Source: Moorella naiadis (nom. illeg.) (GTDB taxonomy: Bacteria > Bacillota > DSM-521 > Neomoorellales > Neomoorellaceae). Taken from it: a DNA stretch of 24,000 nucleotides. Shown here piece after piece: positions 15,370 through 22,878 of the stretch (position 1 is the stretch's first letter; each line of letters starts with the position of its first letter). The stretch covers positions 42,387 through 66,386 of the forward strand of contig NZ_JAXGFQ010000009.1 in assembly GCF_051020825.1 (NCBI RefSeq), in the 5' to 3' direction. The translations under genes and the position numbers were made by a program. The notes below the pieces were generated by a model. It saw only the letters and a list, made by a program, of their open reading frames with translations, was not told where the DNA came from and made no database searches.

Positions 15370-15398
15370 TTGACGGCAAGAAGGGGGACTTCTATAAT
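15370..15398 (+). promoter_or_regulatory. Sigma-A-type promoter of the stressosome operon
   Basis: TTGACG (15370-15375), a 17-nt spacer, then TATAAT (15393-15398), with the same upstream ggtaaaattttc as at 9690. Confidence 0.7.
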
Positions 15399-15437
15399 TA
15401 CCTTGTCTATTAATGTCAAATTAAGGAGGAAAAAGTC

Positions 15438-16256
15438 GTGGGTGTGTTCGGTGAAATCGAACCAGAAACTATTATCAATGCTGCCATTGAACTCTTAAAA
15501 AAAGAGGGACGGGTCGACCTGCAATGGAACGAGATTTCCGCTTTAACCCGAGACCTTTGCCTGGCCCTGGCGGCAGATATTGAGCAGCCCGCTTTTACGA
15601 CGGCGGAGCTGGAGAAAGAAATCACAGATAAAGTTAAGCTACTCTTTGCCCGGGGTTACCATATTGAAAACCTCCAGCTAATATTGGAAAAAATTCTGGA
15701 TAGCTTTATCGGGACTTTACAGGATCAGGGTACCGATCTCCAGGCAGCAGTACCTTATATAAGCACTGTGCGGGAACATATCTTTAAAGGAACGACCTTC
15801 TTGTTACGAACAGCCCTACAGACCCAGCGCGAGGTTATCGAGAAGCAAAACGAAGCTTTAATGGAGCTGTCTACTCCGGTCATCCCTTTAATGCAGGACA
15901 TCCTTTTGCTGCCGTTAATCGGCACCATCGATACCCGCCGGGCCAAAGAGATAATGGATAATCTCTTAGCAGGCATCGTCCAATACCAGGCCGAGGTTGC
16001 CCTGATCGACATCAGCGGCGTGCCGGTGGTAGATACCCAGGTAGCCCATCACTTGATCAAAACCGTCAAGGCCGCCAGGCTTTTAGGCAGCCGCTGTATC
16101 TTAGTCGGCATCAGGCCGGAACTGGCCCAGACAATTGTCCGCCTGGGGATTGACTTCCAGGATATTATCACTAAAAACAACCTCCAGGCCGGGCTGGTAC
16201 TGGCTTTTCGCTGGCTGGGTTATAAGCTGGAGCGGGTGGAACGGGATGATGCATAA
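15438..16256 (+). CDS. rsbR: RsbR-like stressosome sensor protein (N-terminal sensor domain plus C-terminal STAS)
   Basis: The C-terminal STAS domain reads TPVIPLMQDILLLPLIGTIDTRRAKEIMDNLL...ALIDISGVPVVDTQVAHHLIKTVKAARLLGSRCILVGIRPELAQTIVRLGI. AAGGAGG lies 9 nt upstream of the GTG start. Confidence 0.85.
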   Translation: MGVFGEIEPETIINAAIELLKKEGRVDLQWNEISALTRDLCLALAADIEQPAFTTAELEKEITDKVKLLFARGYHIENLQLILEKILDSFIGTLQDQGTDLQAAVPYISTVREHIFKGTTFLLRTALQTQREVIEKQNEALMELSTPVIPLMQDILLLPLIGTIDTRRAKEIMDNLLAGIVQYQAEVALIDISGVPVVDTQVAHHLIKTVKAARLLGSRCILVGIRPELAQTIVRLGIDFQDIITKNNLQAGLVLAFRWLGYKLERVERDDA

Positions 16257-16620
16257 CCGGGTACCCATCCTTAAAGTAGATAATTTCTGGCTGGTGACCA
16301 TTGAAGAAACCCTTCACGACCAGAGTGTTATCCAGTTTAAGGAGGATTTATTATATAATATCACCCGGGATGCCGGCGCGGGCCTGGTGATTGATATCAG
16401 TGCCCTGGAAGTGGTGGACAGTTTCGTGACCAGGGTCCTCATGGAGATCGGCAGGCTGGCCGGGTTGCTGGGCCTGCCCTTTGTCCTGACGGGCATCAAC
16501 CCGGCGGTAGCCATTACTTTAACGGAGATGGGCCTGGATCTCCAGGGTATGGCCACGGCTTTGAACTTGCAAAAGGGCCTGGATATGTTAAAAGGTAGGG
16601 CCAGGGGGGAGCCAAAATGA
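16246..16620 (+). CDS. rsbS: RsbS-like single STAS-domain stressosome scaffold/antagonist
   Basis: MMHNRVPILKVDNFWLVTIEETLHD...VIDISALEVVDSFVTRVLMEIGRLAGLLGLPFVLTGINPAVAITL. The ATGATG at 16246 overlaps the rsbR stop. The track's 16135 start would lie deep inside rsbR. Confidence 0.85.
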   Translation: MMHNRVPILKVDNFWLVTIEETLHDQSVIQFKEDLLYNITRDAGAGLVIDISALEVVDSFVTRVLMEIGRLAGLLGLPFVLTGINPAVAITLTEMGLDLQGMATALNLQKGLDMLKGRARGEPK

Positions 16621-17024
16621 CATCTGGGCAAACCCTCCCCATCACCAGCGAATATGATATAATTACGGCCCGGCAGGCAGCCCGGGAACTGGCCCGGCAA
16701 ATAGGCTTCAACACAGTGGACCAGGTGCGGATAGCCACGGCCGTCTCGGAACTGACTCGCAACGTGATCCTTTACGCCGGTTCCGGCAAGGTGGATATAG
16801 AAGCGGTAGCCGAGGGAGAACGCCAGGGCATCGTGATTACCGTCAGCGACCGAGGGCCAGGCATCGCCGATATCGAGCAGGCTTTAAGGGACGGCTATTC
16901 GACCAGTAATGGCCTGGGTGCGGGCCTCTCTGGAGCTAAGCGACTAATGGATACCTTTGACATAGAATCCCGGGCCGGCCGGGGTACCACTATCAGGATT
17001 GGGAAGTGGAAGCACTGGAAGTAG
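16617..17024 (+). CDS. rsbT: RsbT-like serine/threonine kinase (GHKL ATPase)
   Basis: 135 aa with N box SELTRNVILYA and G boxes DRGPGI and GLGAGLSGAKRLMD. The ATGA overlap couples it to rsbS. Confidence 0.85.
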   Translation: MTSGQTLPITSEYDIITARQAARELARQIGFNTVDQVRIATAVSELTRNVILYAGSGKVDIEAVAEGERQGIVITVSDRGPGIADIEQALRDGYSTSNGLGAGLSGAKRLMDTFDIESRAGRGTTIRIGKWKHWK

Positions 17025-17584
17025 GAATTTATACCCGGGCCAGGGAAGGGGAATTCACCTGCGGTGATGCCTGCCTGGTCAAGGACGAAGCAGGTATTCT
17101 TAATCTGGCCGTAGTTGACGGTATTGGCCACGGACCAGAAGCCGCCCGGGCTGCGGCTGAAGCTATTGCTTGCCTGGAAACCGGCCTGGATGTCGGCCTG
17201 GAAAATATATTCCGGCGTTGTCATCAAAGGTTAATAGGGACCAGGGGAGCCGTTGCCGCCCTGTGCCAGGTTGATAAAAAAGGGGGCCTTTGGCAGGCAG
17301 CCGTTGTAGGTAATATCCTTTTACAGATCCTGGCCGGCAAGATAGTAACCCCTTTAACTACTCCTGGTATCCTGGGTTATAATTACCCGCGCCGGCTTTT
17401 AATTCATCGGGGGCCATATCAGGAGGGGGATCTTTTTTTAATCCACTCGGACGGTATTCAGGAAGGCGCGGTCTCTCCGGCCGCTTTAGTGAATTCCCCC
17501 CTTCCCCCGCAGGAACTGGCCCGGCTAATAGGGGAAGGTTACGGCCGCCGGGATGATGACGTCGCCGTTATAGTTGCCAGGTAA
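17006..17584 (+). CDS. rsbX: RsbX-like PP2C/SpoIIE-family phosphatase
   Basis: 192 aa with metal-binding Asp contexts CGDACLV, AVVDGIGHG, LIHSDGI and DDDVAVIVAR. The GTG start overlaps rsbT by 19 nt. Confidence 0.8.
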   Translation: MEALEVGIYTRAREGEFTCGDACLVKDEAGILNLAVVDGIGHGPEAARAAAEAIACLETGLDVGLENIFRRCHQRLIGTRGAVAALCQVDKKGGLWQAAVVGNILLQILAGKIVTPLTTPGILGYNYPRRLLIHRGPYQEGDLFLIHSDGIQEGAVSPAALVNSPLPPQELARLIGEGYGRRDDDVAVIVAR

Positions 17585-18900
17585 TGGAGGGCGAGCCCGC
17601 AATGGAAATAAAATGGCAGGAAGCCTACCTCGAGCTCTTACGGCAATATAGCCGGCAGCAGAGCGAAGCCATCCTCTATGAAGCCTCAAAATTGAGCAAA
17701 GCGCTGGTTGAGAGGGGCGTTGGTCCTGAAGATCTAGTCCAATTTCACTTGGAAGCCCTGGAAGGACTCTTCAGGGATATCTCCCCCTTGCGGGTACCGG
17801 GCCTGATTCTCATGTCCTTCGACCTGCTTCTGGAAGTAATGATGGCTTACGCCCTCAGTTTTCGGGAATACCTGGAGGTAAAAGATAAACTCATTGCGCG
17901 TCTGGAAACCTTTAATCAAGAATTAACTGCCGCCAACAGCAACCTGGAAACGAAAGTGCAAGAGCTTACGGTAATCCAGGATATGACCAGGGAATTGGGT
18001 GCCTGTTTGGACCTGGAGCTGACAGCCAGAATTATTACCCGGCACCTGCGGGAGCTGTTCCACTGCACCGGCGGATTGTACCTGGTCAATGGCAGCGGCG
18101 AATGGCAAGGTTATACCCTGGAAGAAACCCTGGTGCATAGTGCCCCGCCGGGAGATCTGGCAGCCGGAGCCAGACAATCGGCCAGGCTAGCAGGGCGAGA
18201 CTTGACCCTGCCCTTGGTCATCGGCCAGGAGGTTGGCGGCGCCGTCTTTTTACAAAAAGAAGGAGGATTTAGCGCCGACGAGGTCCGGTTGGCGGAGATC
18301 ATCGCCGGTTATGCCGCCTTGGCCGTTGAGCGCGCCCAGCTGTACGAAGCCATGAAACGCCAAGCCACCATTGACGCCAAGACGGGTTTATATAACTACC
18401 AGCATATGATGGAGTTGCTAGAAAAAGAGCTGGCCCGCGCCCGGCGTTACCAGCGTACCTTTACCTTAGCCATGCTCGATATCGATGACTTTAAGGTTTA
18501 TAACGACACTCACGGCCACCGGCAGGGAGACAAAACCCTCCAAAGAATAGCAGCCATCATCCAATCCAGCATCCGGGAGGTCGATATAGCAGCGCGTTAC
18601 GGCGGCGAAGAATTTGTCATGATCATGCCAGAAACTAATACCCTGGAAGCAACTGCTGTAACCGAAAGGGTACGCCGGAATATCATGAACGCCGCTATCG
18701 ATAATGAGGGCTGCGGTCCGGGCCGGGTGTTGACGGTGAGTATCGGGCTGGCCACCTACCCTCTGGATGCCGCCACAATCGGGGAGTTGATTGATGCTGC
18801 CGACAGCGCCCTCTACATGGCCAAGGCACAGGGGAAAAACACGGTCCGAGTGTTCGGTAAAGCTGACAGGTGGCGATCTGATAAGGAAAGGGTCTTTTAG
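17584..18900 (+). CDS. Diguanylate cyclase with RsbU_N-like, GAF and GGDEF domains
   Basis: The N-terminus resembles the RsbU N-terminal (RsbT-binding) helical domain: WQEAYLELLRQYSRQQSEAILYEASKLSKALVERGVGPEDLVQFHLEAL. A GAF-like middle follows. The GGDEF domain has TGLYNY, DIDDFKVYNDTHGH, an active-site GGEEF and an RxxD I-site (REVD) 5 residues upstream. The start is ATG 17584 (TAATG overlap) or ATG 17602 (GGAGGG 10 nt upstream). Confidence 0.9.
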   Translation: MEGEPAMEIKWQEAYLELLRQYSRQQSEAILYEASKLSKALVERGVGPEDLVQFHLEALEGLFRDISPLRVPGLILMSFDLLLEVMMAYALSFREYLEVKDKLIARLETFNQELTAANSNLETKVQELTVIQDMTRELGACLDLELTARIITRHLRELFHCTGGLYLVNGSGEWQGYTLEETLVHSAPPGDLAAGARQSARLAGRDLTLPLVIGQEVGGAVFLQKEGGFSADEVRLAEIIAGYAALAVERAQLYEAMKRQATIDAKTGLYNYQHMMELLEKELARARRYQRTFTLAMLDIDDFKVYNDTHGHRQGDKTLQRIAAIIQSSIREVDIAARYGGEEFVMIMPETNTLEATAVTERVRRNIMNAAIDNEGCGPGRVLTVSIGLATYPLDAATIGELIDAADSALYMAKAQGKNTVRVFGKADRWRSDKERVF

Positions 18901-18930
18901 CCAGGGGACAGCAATATGGCTGTCCCCTGG
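18901..18930 (+). terminator. Strong hairpin, probable terminator of the stressosome-DGC operon
   Basis: ccaggggacagc-aatatg-gctgtcccctgg is a perfect 12-bp stem. The downstream T tract is short (cttt). Confidence 0.65.
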
Positions 18931-19011
18931 CTTTAATACTGGGTTAAGGTGACTTAGGGAAACAGCGATTAATTTCGCTTAAAAGTGATGCTGTAAAAAT
19001 TGATGTAGGAT

Positions 19012-19040
19012 GGAGGATTTAGGTAAAACGTGTCGAATAA
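19012..19040 (+). promoter_or_regulatory. Sigma-H (Spo0H)-like promoter motif, copy B
   Basis: ggAGGATTT, an 11-nt spacer, then gtcGAATaa. This is a full match to the remembered consensus RnAGGAwWW-N11-12-RnnGAATww. Confidence 0.5.
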
Positions 19041-19111
19041 AAAATATGCAATAAATACCAATAAAGAGGGCGAAATAATGCTATTAAGCCCCACTAATCC
19101 CAGTAACTTCC

Positions 19112-19125
19112 GGGGGGGGGGGGGG
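19112..19125 (+). repeat. Homopolymeric G14 tract
   Basis: I counted 14 consecutive G at the same position in the element as the G17 of copy A. Confidence 0.95.
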
Positions 19126-19483
19126 TATATTTTACCATCCCTACCAGAAAAAATAAATCCCCCATGCCTGGATGTATTCGTTTTTCCTTCCCTATGCTTC
19201 ATATCCGGCGCAAGAACTACTCCCTCAACGCTGCAAGCACCCTCCGGCCTGTCTGCTTACCCGCGGTTGCAAGGCCATATCTTGCCTTCTACCCGTGCTA
19301 ATTTCCCAAGCGCGGATCATTCCCTTTTACGCTCTTTATATCCTTTACGGTCGCCCCCTGGTCGAGACTACCCTCATAAGCACCGGCTGCTCTTAAACAC
19401 TATTACTTTACGCATCTTTAACCTAGATGTAGCATAGCAGCTGAAGTCAAACCTTTTAACATCGCACCCAGGGGGGTCTGGCC

Positions 19484-20494
19484 ATGAGCAAAGATAGTAG
19501 TTTTATGGGCGCAAGGATTGTTCCCAGATTAACAATCAACTATCTAGTCTTGCCAAACCCTACAGTGAGAATATTTTTACGGGGTACAGCTTTCCTTTTA
19601 TTAATGGTCGTTACGATGTTGAACTATCACGTTCGGAACCTGCCGGCCCAGATTATCATCGATTTTCTGTACCTTATTCCGATAACCGTAGCCGCAATGA
19701 ATTCCTTCATTGATGGCCTGGTAACCGCCCTGGCGGCAGGTTACCTGCGTCTCTTTATCAACCCGGTGACCTTTTCCTTCCTCAAAGCTACTGATTATGT
19801 TGATTTGATTATAGTTTTAGGCTTTTACCTGCTGGACCCCGTGCTGGTAGAACTATTAAGGCGTCTCGCCCGGCAGCGGCGACAACTGGGCCAAAACCTG
19901 TATATTACTACGGCCGCCCTGCTGGAGGCATTACATCTGCGTGACCAGTATACCGGCCGGCACTCGCGCCAGGTAGCTGGTTATGCCCGCCGGCTGGCCG
20001 CCGCTTTAGATTTACCCCGGGATTATCAAGAGAGCCTGTACCTGGCCGGATTACTCCATGACATCGGGAAAATTGGCATTAATGACGCCTGCTTGAATAA
20101 ACCAGGGCGGTTGACGCCGGAGGAATGGCAAGCTATCCGCCGCCACCCGCAGTTAAGCTACAATATAGTAAAAAAGGTTGATAAAATCGAAGAAGGGATT
20201 GCCCGGGCAGTCCTTTATCACCACGAACGCTATGACGGCCGGGGCTACCCCCAAGGGCTGAAGGGAGAGGCTATTCCCCTAGAAGCACGTATCTTAAGTG
20301 TAGCCGATTGCTATGACGCCATGACTACCAACCGGGTTTACCGGCCCGCCCTGACCCCGGTTGAGGCTGTCAGGGAGTTAAAGCGTTGCGCCGGTAGCCA
20401 GTTTGATCCGCAAATAGTGGATGTTTTTTGCCGTATCCTGGCCGCAGATGGTCTTAATCAAGATCATAAAGATAAAGCCCACGATCTTTGCTAA
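19484..20494 (+). CDS. Membrane-anchored HD-GYP domain protein (c-di-GMP phosphodiesterase type)
   Basis: The N-terminal part of about 120 aa is hydrophobic (several TM spans). The HD-GYP motifs are HDIGK and HHERYDGRGYP. The SD AGGGGGG lies 7 nt upstream of the ATG. Confidence 0.9.
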   Translation: MSKDSSFMGARIVPRLTINYLVLPNPTVRIFLRGTAFLLLMVVTMLNYHVRNLPAQIIIDFLYLIPITVAAMNSFIDGLVTALAAGYLRLFINPVTFSFLKATDYVDLIIVLGFYLLDPVLVELLRRLARQRRQLGQNLYITTAALLEALHLRDQYTGRHSRQVAGYARRLAAALDLPRDYQESLYLAGLLHDIGKIGINDACLNKPGRLTPEEWQAIRRHPQLSYNIVKKVDKIEEGIARAVLYHHERYDGRGYPQGLKGEAIPLEARILSVADCYDAMTTNRVYRPALTPVEAVRELKRCAGSQFDPQIVDVFCRILAADGLNQDHKDKAHDLC

Positions 20495-20534
20495 TGGTTT
20501 CATCCCGACTATACCTGACTGGAAAAAATTAAGC

Positions 20535-20562
20535 AAAACCTGTTGACCCCGGCAGGTTTTTT
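20535..20562 (+). terminator. Rho-independent terminator
   Basis: aaaacctg-ttgaccccgg-caggtttt forms an 8-bp stem and runs into T6. An A tract lies upstream. Confidence 0.6.
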
Positions 20563-20643
20563 CATCTTTTTTTAATGAAAAGATGTTACTATAGATAGCT
20601 GAGATAGTAAAGTGGCTAAAAAAGCTGGAGAAAAGGGGAGGCG

Positions 20644-21330
20644 GTGAGGTTGCGCATCCTGATCGTTGAAGATGAGACTACCCTGGCCAACACCCTGGCC
20701 CGTTGCCTGCGGGAGGAAGGCTACGCCGCTGATATAGCCTACGACGGCGAGGAAGGGGTGGCCTTTGCGGAAACGGTTCTTTATGACCTGATAATCCTGG
20801 ACCTCATGTTGCCCCGGCTGGATGGCATGGAGGTTATCCGGCGTCTGCGCAATGAGCGCATCCAGGCCCCGGTCCTCATGCTTACGGCCCGGGATACGGT
20901 GGCCGACAAGGTCAAGGGGCTGGATGCCGGGGCCGATGATTACCTGACCAAGCCATTTGCTTTGGCCGAGCTCCTGGCCCGCGTCCGCGCCTTGTTACGG
21001 CGGGAGAGTGAGAATAAGAGCACTGTCCTGCAGGTTGGAGACCTAACTATGGATACTGTCTCTCGCCAGGTACGCCGGGGTGAGAAGGAAATTAACCTGA
21101 CCAACAAGGAGTACGCCCTGCTGGAATACCTGATGCGTAATCCCAACCGGGTCCTTAACCGCACCCAGATCGCCGAGCACGTCTGGGATTATGACTTCAG
21201 CGGCATGTCTAACATAGTCGACGTCTACATCCGCTACCTGCGGCGTAAAATTGATGATAATTTTGAGCCCAAGTTACTATATACTTTTCGCGGCAGCGGC
21301 TATAGCCTGCGGGAACCAACCTTAGACTAG
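20644..21330 (+). CDS. OmpR/PhoB-family response regulator (receiver plus winged-helix DNA-binding domain)
   Basis: ILIVEDE, ILDLMLPRLDG and TKPF are present. The C-terminal Trans_reg_C domain has LTNKEYALLEYLMRNPNRVLNRTQIAEHVW...VDVYIRYLRRKID. The GTG start follows GGGGAGG. Confidence 0.9.
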   Translation: MRLRILIVEDETTLANTLARCLREEGYAADIAYDGEEGVAFAETVLYDLIILDLMLPRLDGMEVIRRLRNERIQAPVLMLTARDTVADKVKGLDAGADDYLTKPFALAELLARVRALLRRESENKSTVLQVGDLTMDTVSRQVRRGEKEINLTNKEYALLEYLMRNPNRVLNRTQIAEHVWDYDFSGMSNIVDVYIRYLRRKIDDNFEPKLLYTFRGSGYSLREPTLD

Positions 21331-21420
21331 ATGCCGCAGGAGCATTAGCGGCGCTGTCATGCAGGTACCAGGATTAAACATGCTTCGATTCCACAGGAGC
21401 GATTTTTAGGAGACTTAAAT

Positions 21421-22800
21421 TTGCGGCAGAGAATATTGGCCCGCCTGGGCGATATACCCCTGCGCTGGCGCCTCACGGCCTGGTACGTCCTGCTGCTGGC
21501 CGTTATCCTGGGCGGCTTCAGCGCTTTCATCTACATTAACATGTCCCTGAGCCTGAAAAAGGGGCTGGACGCCGTGCTGTTATCCCAGGGGGAACAGGTC
21601 TTAAGCAGCATGGATACCGAGAACGGGCGGCCGCGCCTGGACCCCAACCTGTCCCTCCTGCCGGGGACCTATTTCGCCTTTTACGACGCCAACGGCAAAA
21701 TCGTAAGTACCAACCTGCCGGCGGACTTGGCCGCCAGGATACCGGTGGCGGGCCTGGCGGGTAACCAGCCGGTTACGGTGGAGACCCCGGGGACCGAATG
21801 GCGGGTTTTGCTGGTTCCAGTCAGAGAACAGGGACAGCAAGCGTACCGGGTTCTGGTGGCGCGTTCCGAGGAAGAGGCCGAAAATCCCCTGGACCGCCTG
21901 TTATTATTTATCCTTATCGCCATTCCGTTAACCCTGGTGTTAGCGGCCGGCGGCGGCTTCTTCCTGGCCCGACGGGCCTTGAGCCCTATTGACCACATTG
22001 CCGCCAAGGCGCGCCGGATTAGCGCCACCGATTTGCAGCGGCGCCTGGACCTGCCCCACGGCAATGATGAAGTAGGGCGTCTGGTGGCTACCCTGGATGA
22101 GATGCTGGATCGCCTGGATCGGGCCTTCCAGCGCCAGCGGCAGTTTACTGCCGACGCCTCCCACGAGCTCCGCACCCCCTTGGCCGTCATCCGCAGCCAG
22201 GCCGAGGCGGTGTTGCAACGACGGCACTCGCCGGGGGAATACCGCCAGGCCCTGGAGGTCATTCGCGACCAGACGGAGTGGATGGGCAACCTGGTAGCGA
22301 AACTTCTCATCCTGGCCCGCAGCGACGACAGCCAGGAGCAACTGGAAAGGGAGCCCCTGGATTTAGGCGATCTGGTAGCTGGGGTGACGGCTGAATTCCA
22401 GGGGATGGCGGCAGATAAAGGGTTGTTGTTAAAGACGAGGATCAAGGATCAATTGAGTATCCAGGGCGACCAGACGCGCCTGACCCAGCTCCTGGCCAAT
22501 CTGGTGGAAAACGCCATCAAATATACGCCGGCTGGTGAGGTGATTATCACCCTGGAAAGGTCCGGCCGGGAGGCTTTGCTTCAGATCCAGGATACCGGGG
22601 TCGGCATCCCCGCGGAACACCTGCCCCATATCTTTGAGCGTTTCTACCGGGTTGATAAAGCCCGCTCCCGGGCCGAGGGCGGTTTCGGCCTGGGCCTGGC
22701 CATCTGCGACTGGATCGCCCGGGCCCACGGCGGCCGGATCACAGTGGAAAGCACCTTGGGGCGGGGGACAACCTTTAAGGTTCGGTTGCCCCTGGAGTGA
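21421..22800 (+). CDS. Sensor histidine kinase (two TM segments, HAMP, HisKA, HATPase_c), cognate to the OmpR-type regulator
   Basis: A periplasmic loop of about 125 aa lies between the TM segments. HAMP is followed by the H-box SHELRTPLAVI, then the N box NLVENAIKYTP, and DTGVGI and GFGLGLAI. The TTG start has AGGAG about 9 nt upstream. Confidence 0.85.
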   Translation: MRQRILARLGDIPLRWRLTAWYVLLLAVILGGFSAFIYINMSLSLKKGLDAVLLSQGEQVLSSMDTENGRPRLDPNLSLLPGTYFAFYDANGKIVSTNLPADLAARIPVAGLAGNQPVTVETPGTEWRVLLVPVREQGQQAYRVLVARSEEEAENPLDRLLLFILIAIPLTLVLAAGGGFFLARRALSPIDHIAAKARRISATDLQRRLDLPHGNDEVGRLVATLDEMLDRLDRAFQRQRQFTADASHELRTPLAVIRSQAEAVLQRRHSPGEYRQALEVIRDQTEWMGNLVAKLLILARSDDSQEQLEREPLDLGDLVAGVTAEFQGMAADKGLLLKTRIKDQLSIQGDQTRLTQLLANLVENAIKYTPAGEVIITLERSGREALLQIQDTGVGIPAEHLPHIFERFYRVDKARSRAEGGFGLGLAICDWIARAHGGRITVESTLGRGTTFKVRLPLE

Positions 22801-22878
22801 TAATAAGAACCTTTAAACCGGGTTTAATCTGCAAGTGTTATACTGGCTGGCGAAAATCGGGCAAAGGAAAGGGAAAAT

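Larger units (their letters stand above)
18970..19545 (+). repeat. Copy B of the diverged leader element (partner at 7500-7990), including the HD-GYP start
   Basis: It shares the same colinear block order as copy A. Here the element is still attached to a full-length HD-GYP gene. Confidence 0.8.

Noticed and set aside
16135-16245. The track's upstream start for the RsbS-like gene
   Set aside because: The extension lies inside rsbR in another frame and is Trp/Ser-rich nonsense. ATG 16246 gives a standard STAS protein of about 120 aa coupled to the rsbR stop.
19030-19437. A 135-aa plus-strand ORF across leader copy B, and minus-strand ORFs 18969-19202 and 7300-7677 across the two leaders
   Set aside because: The frames run through the poly-G/poly-C tracts and the pyrimidine-rich tail. 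The similarity between copies is at nucleotide level and does not hold a long frame; the copy A equivalent stops after 30 codons. Only the short SD+ATG mini-ORF is kept as a hypothesis.
21681-22445. A 254-aa minus-strand ORF, with smaller ones at 21940-22341 and 22429-22728, inside the histidine kinase gene
   Set aside because: They are fully antisense to a CDS with clear HAMP/HisKA/HATPase motifs. The translations are Arg/Ser/Pro/Ala-rich with no motifs, as is typical of antisense frames in GC-rich genes.
22814-22828. The near-palindrome ttaaaccgggtttaa after the histidine kinase stop, considered as a terminator
   Set aside because: The loop would be 1 nt and there is no U tract. It is more likely incidental or a protein-binding palindrome, and I found no further support.
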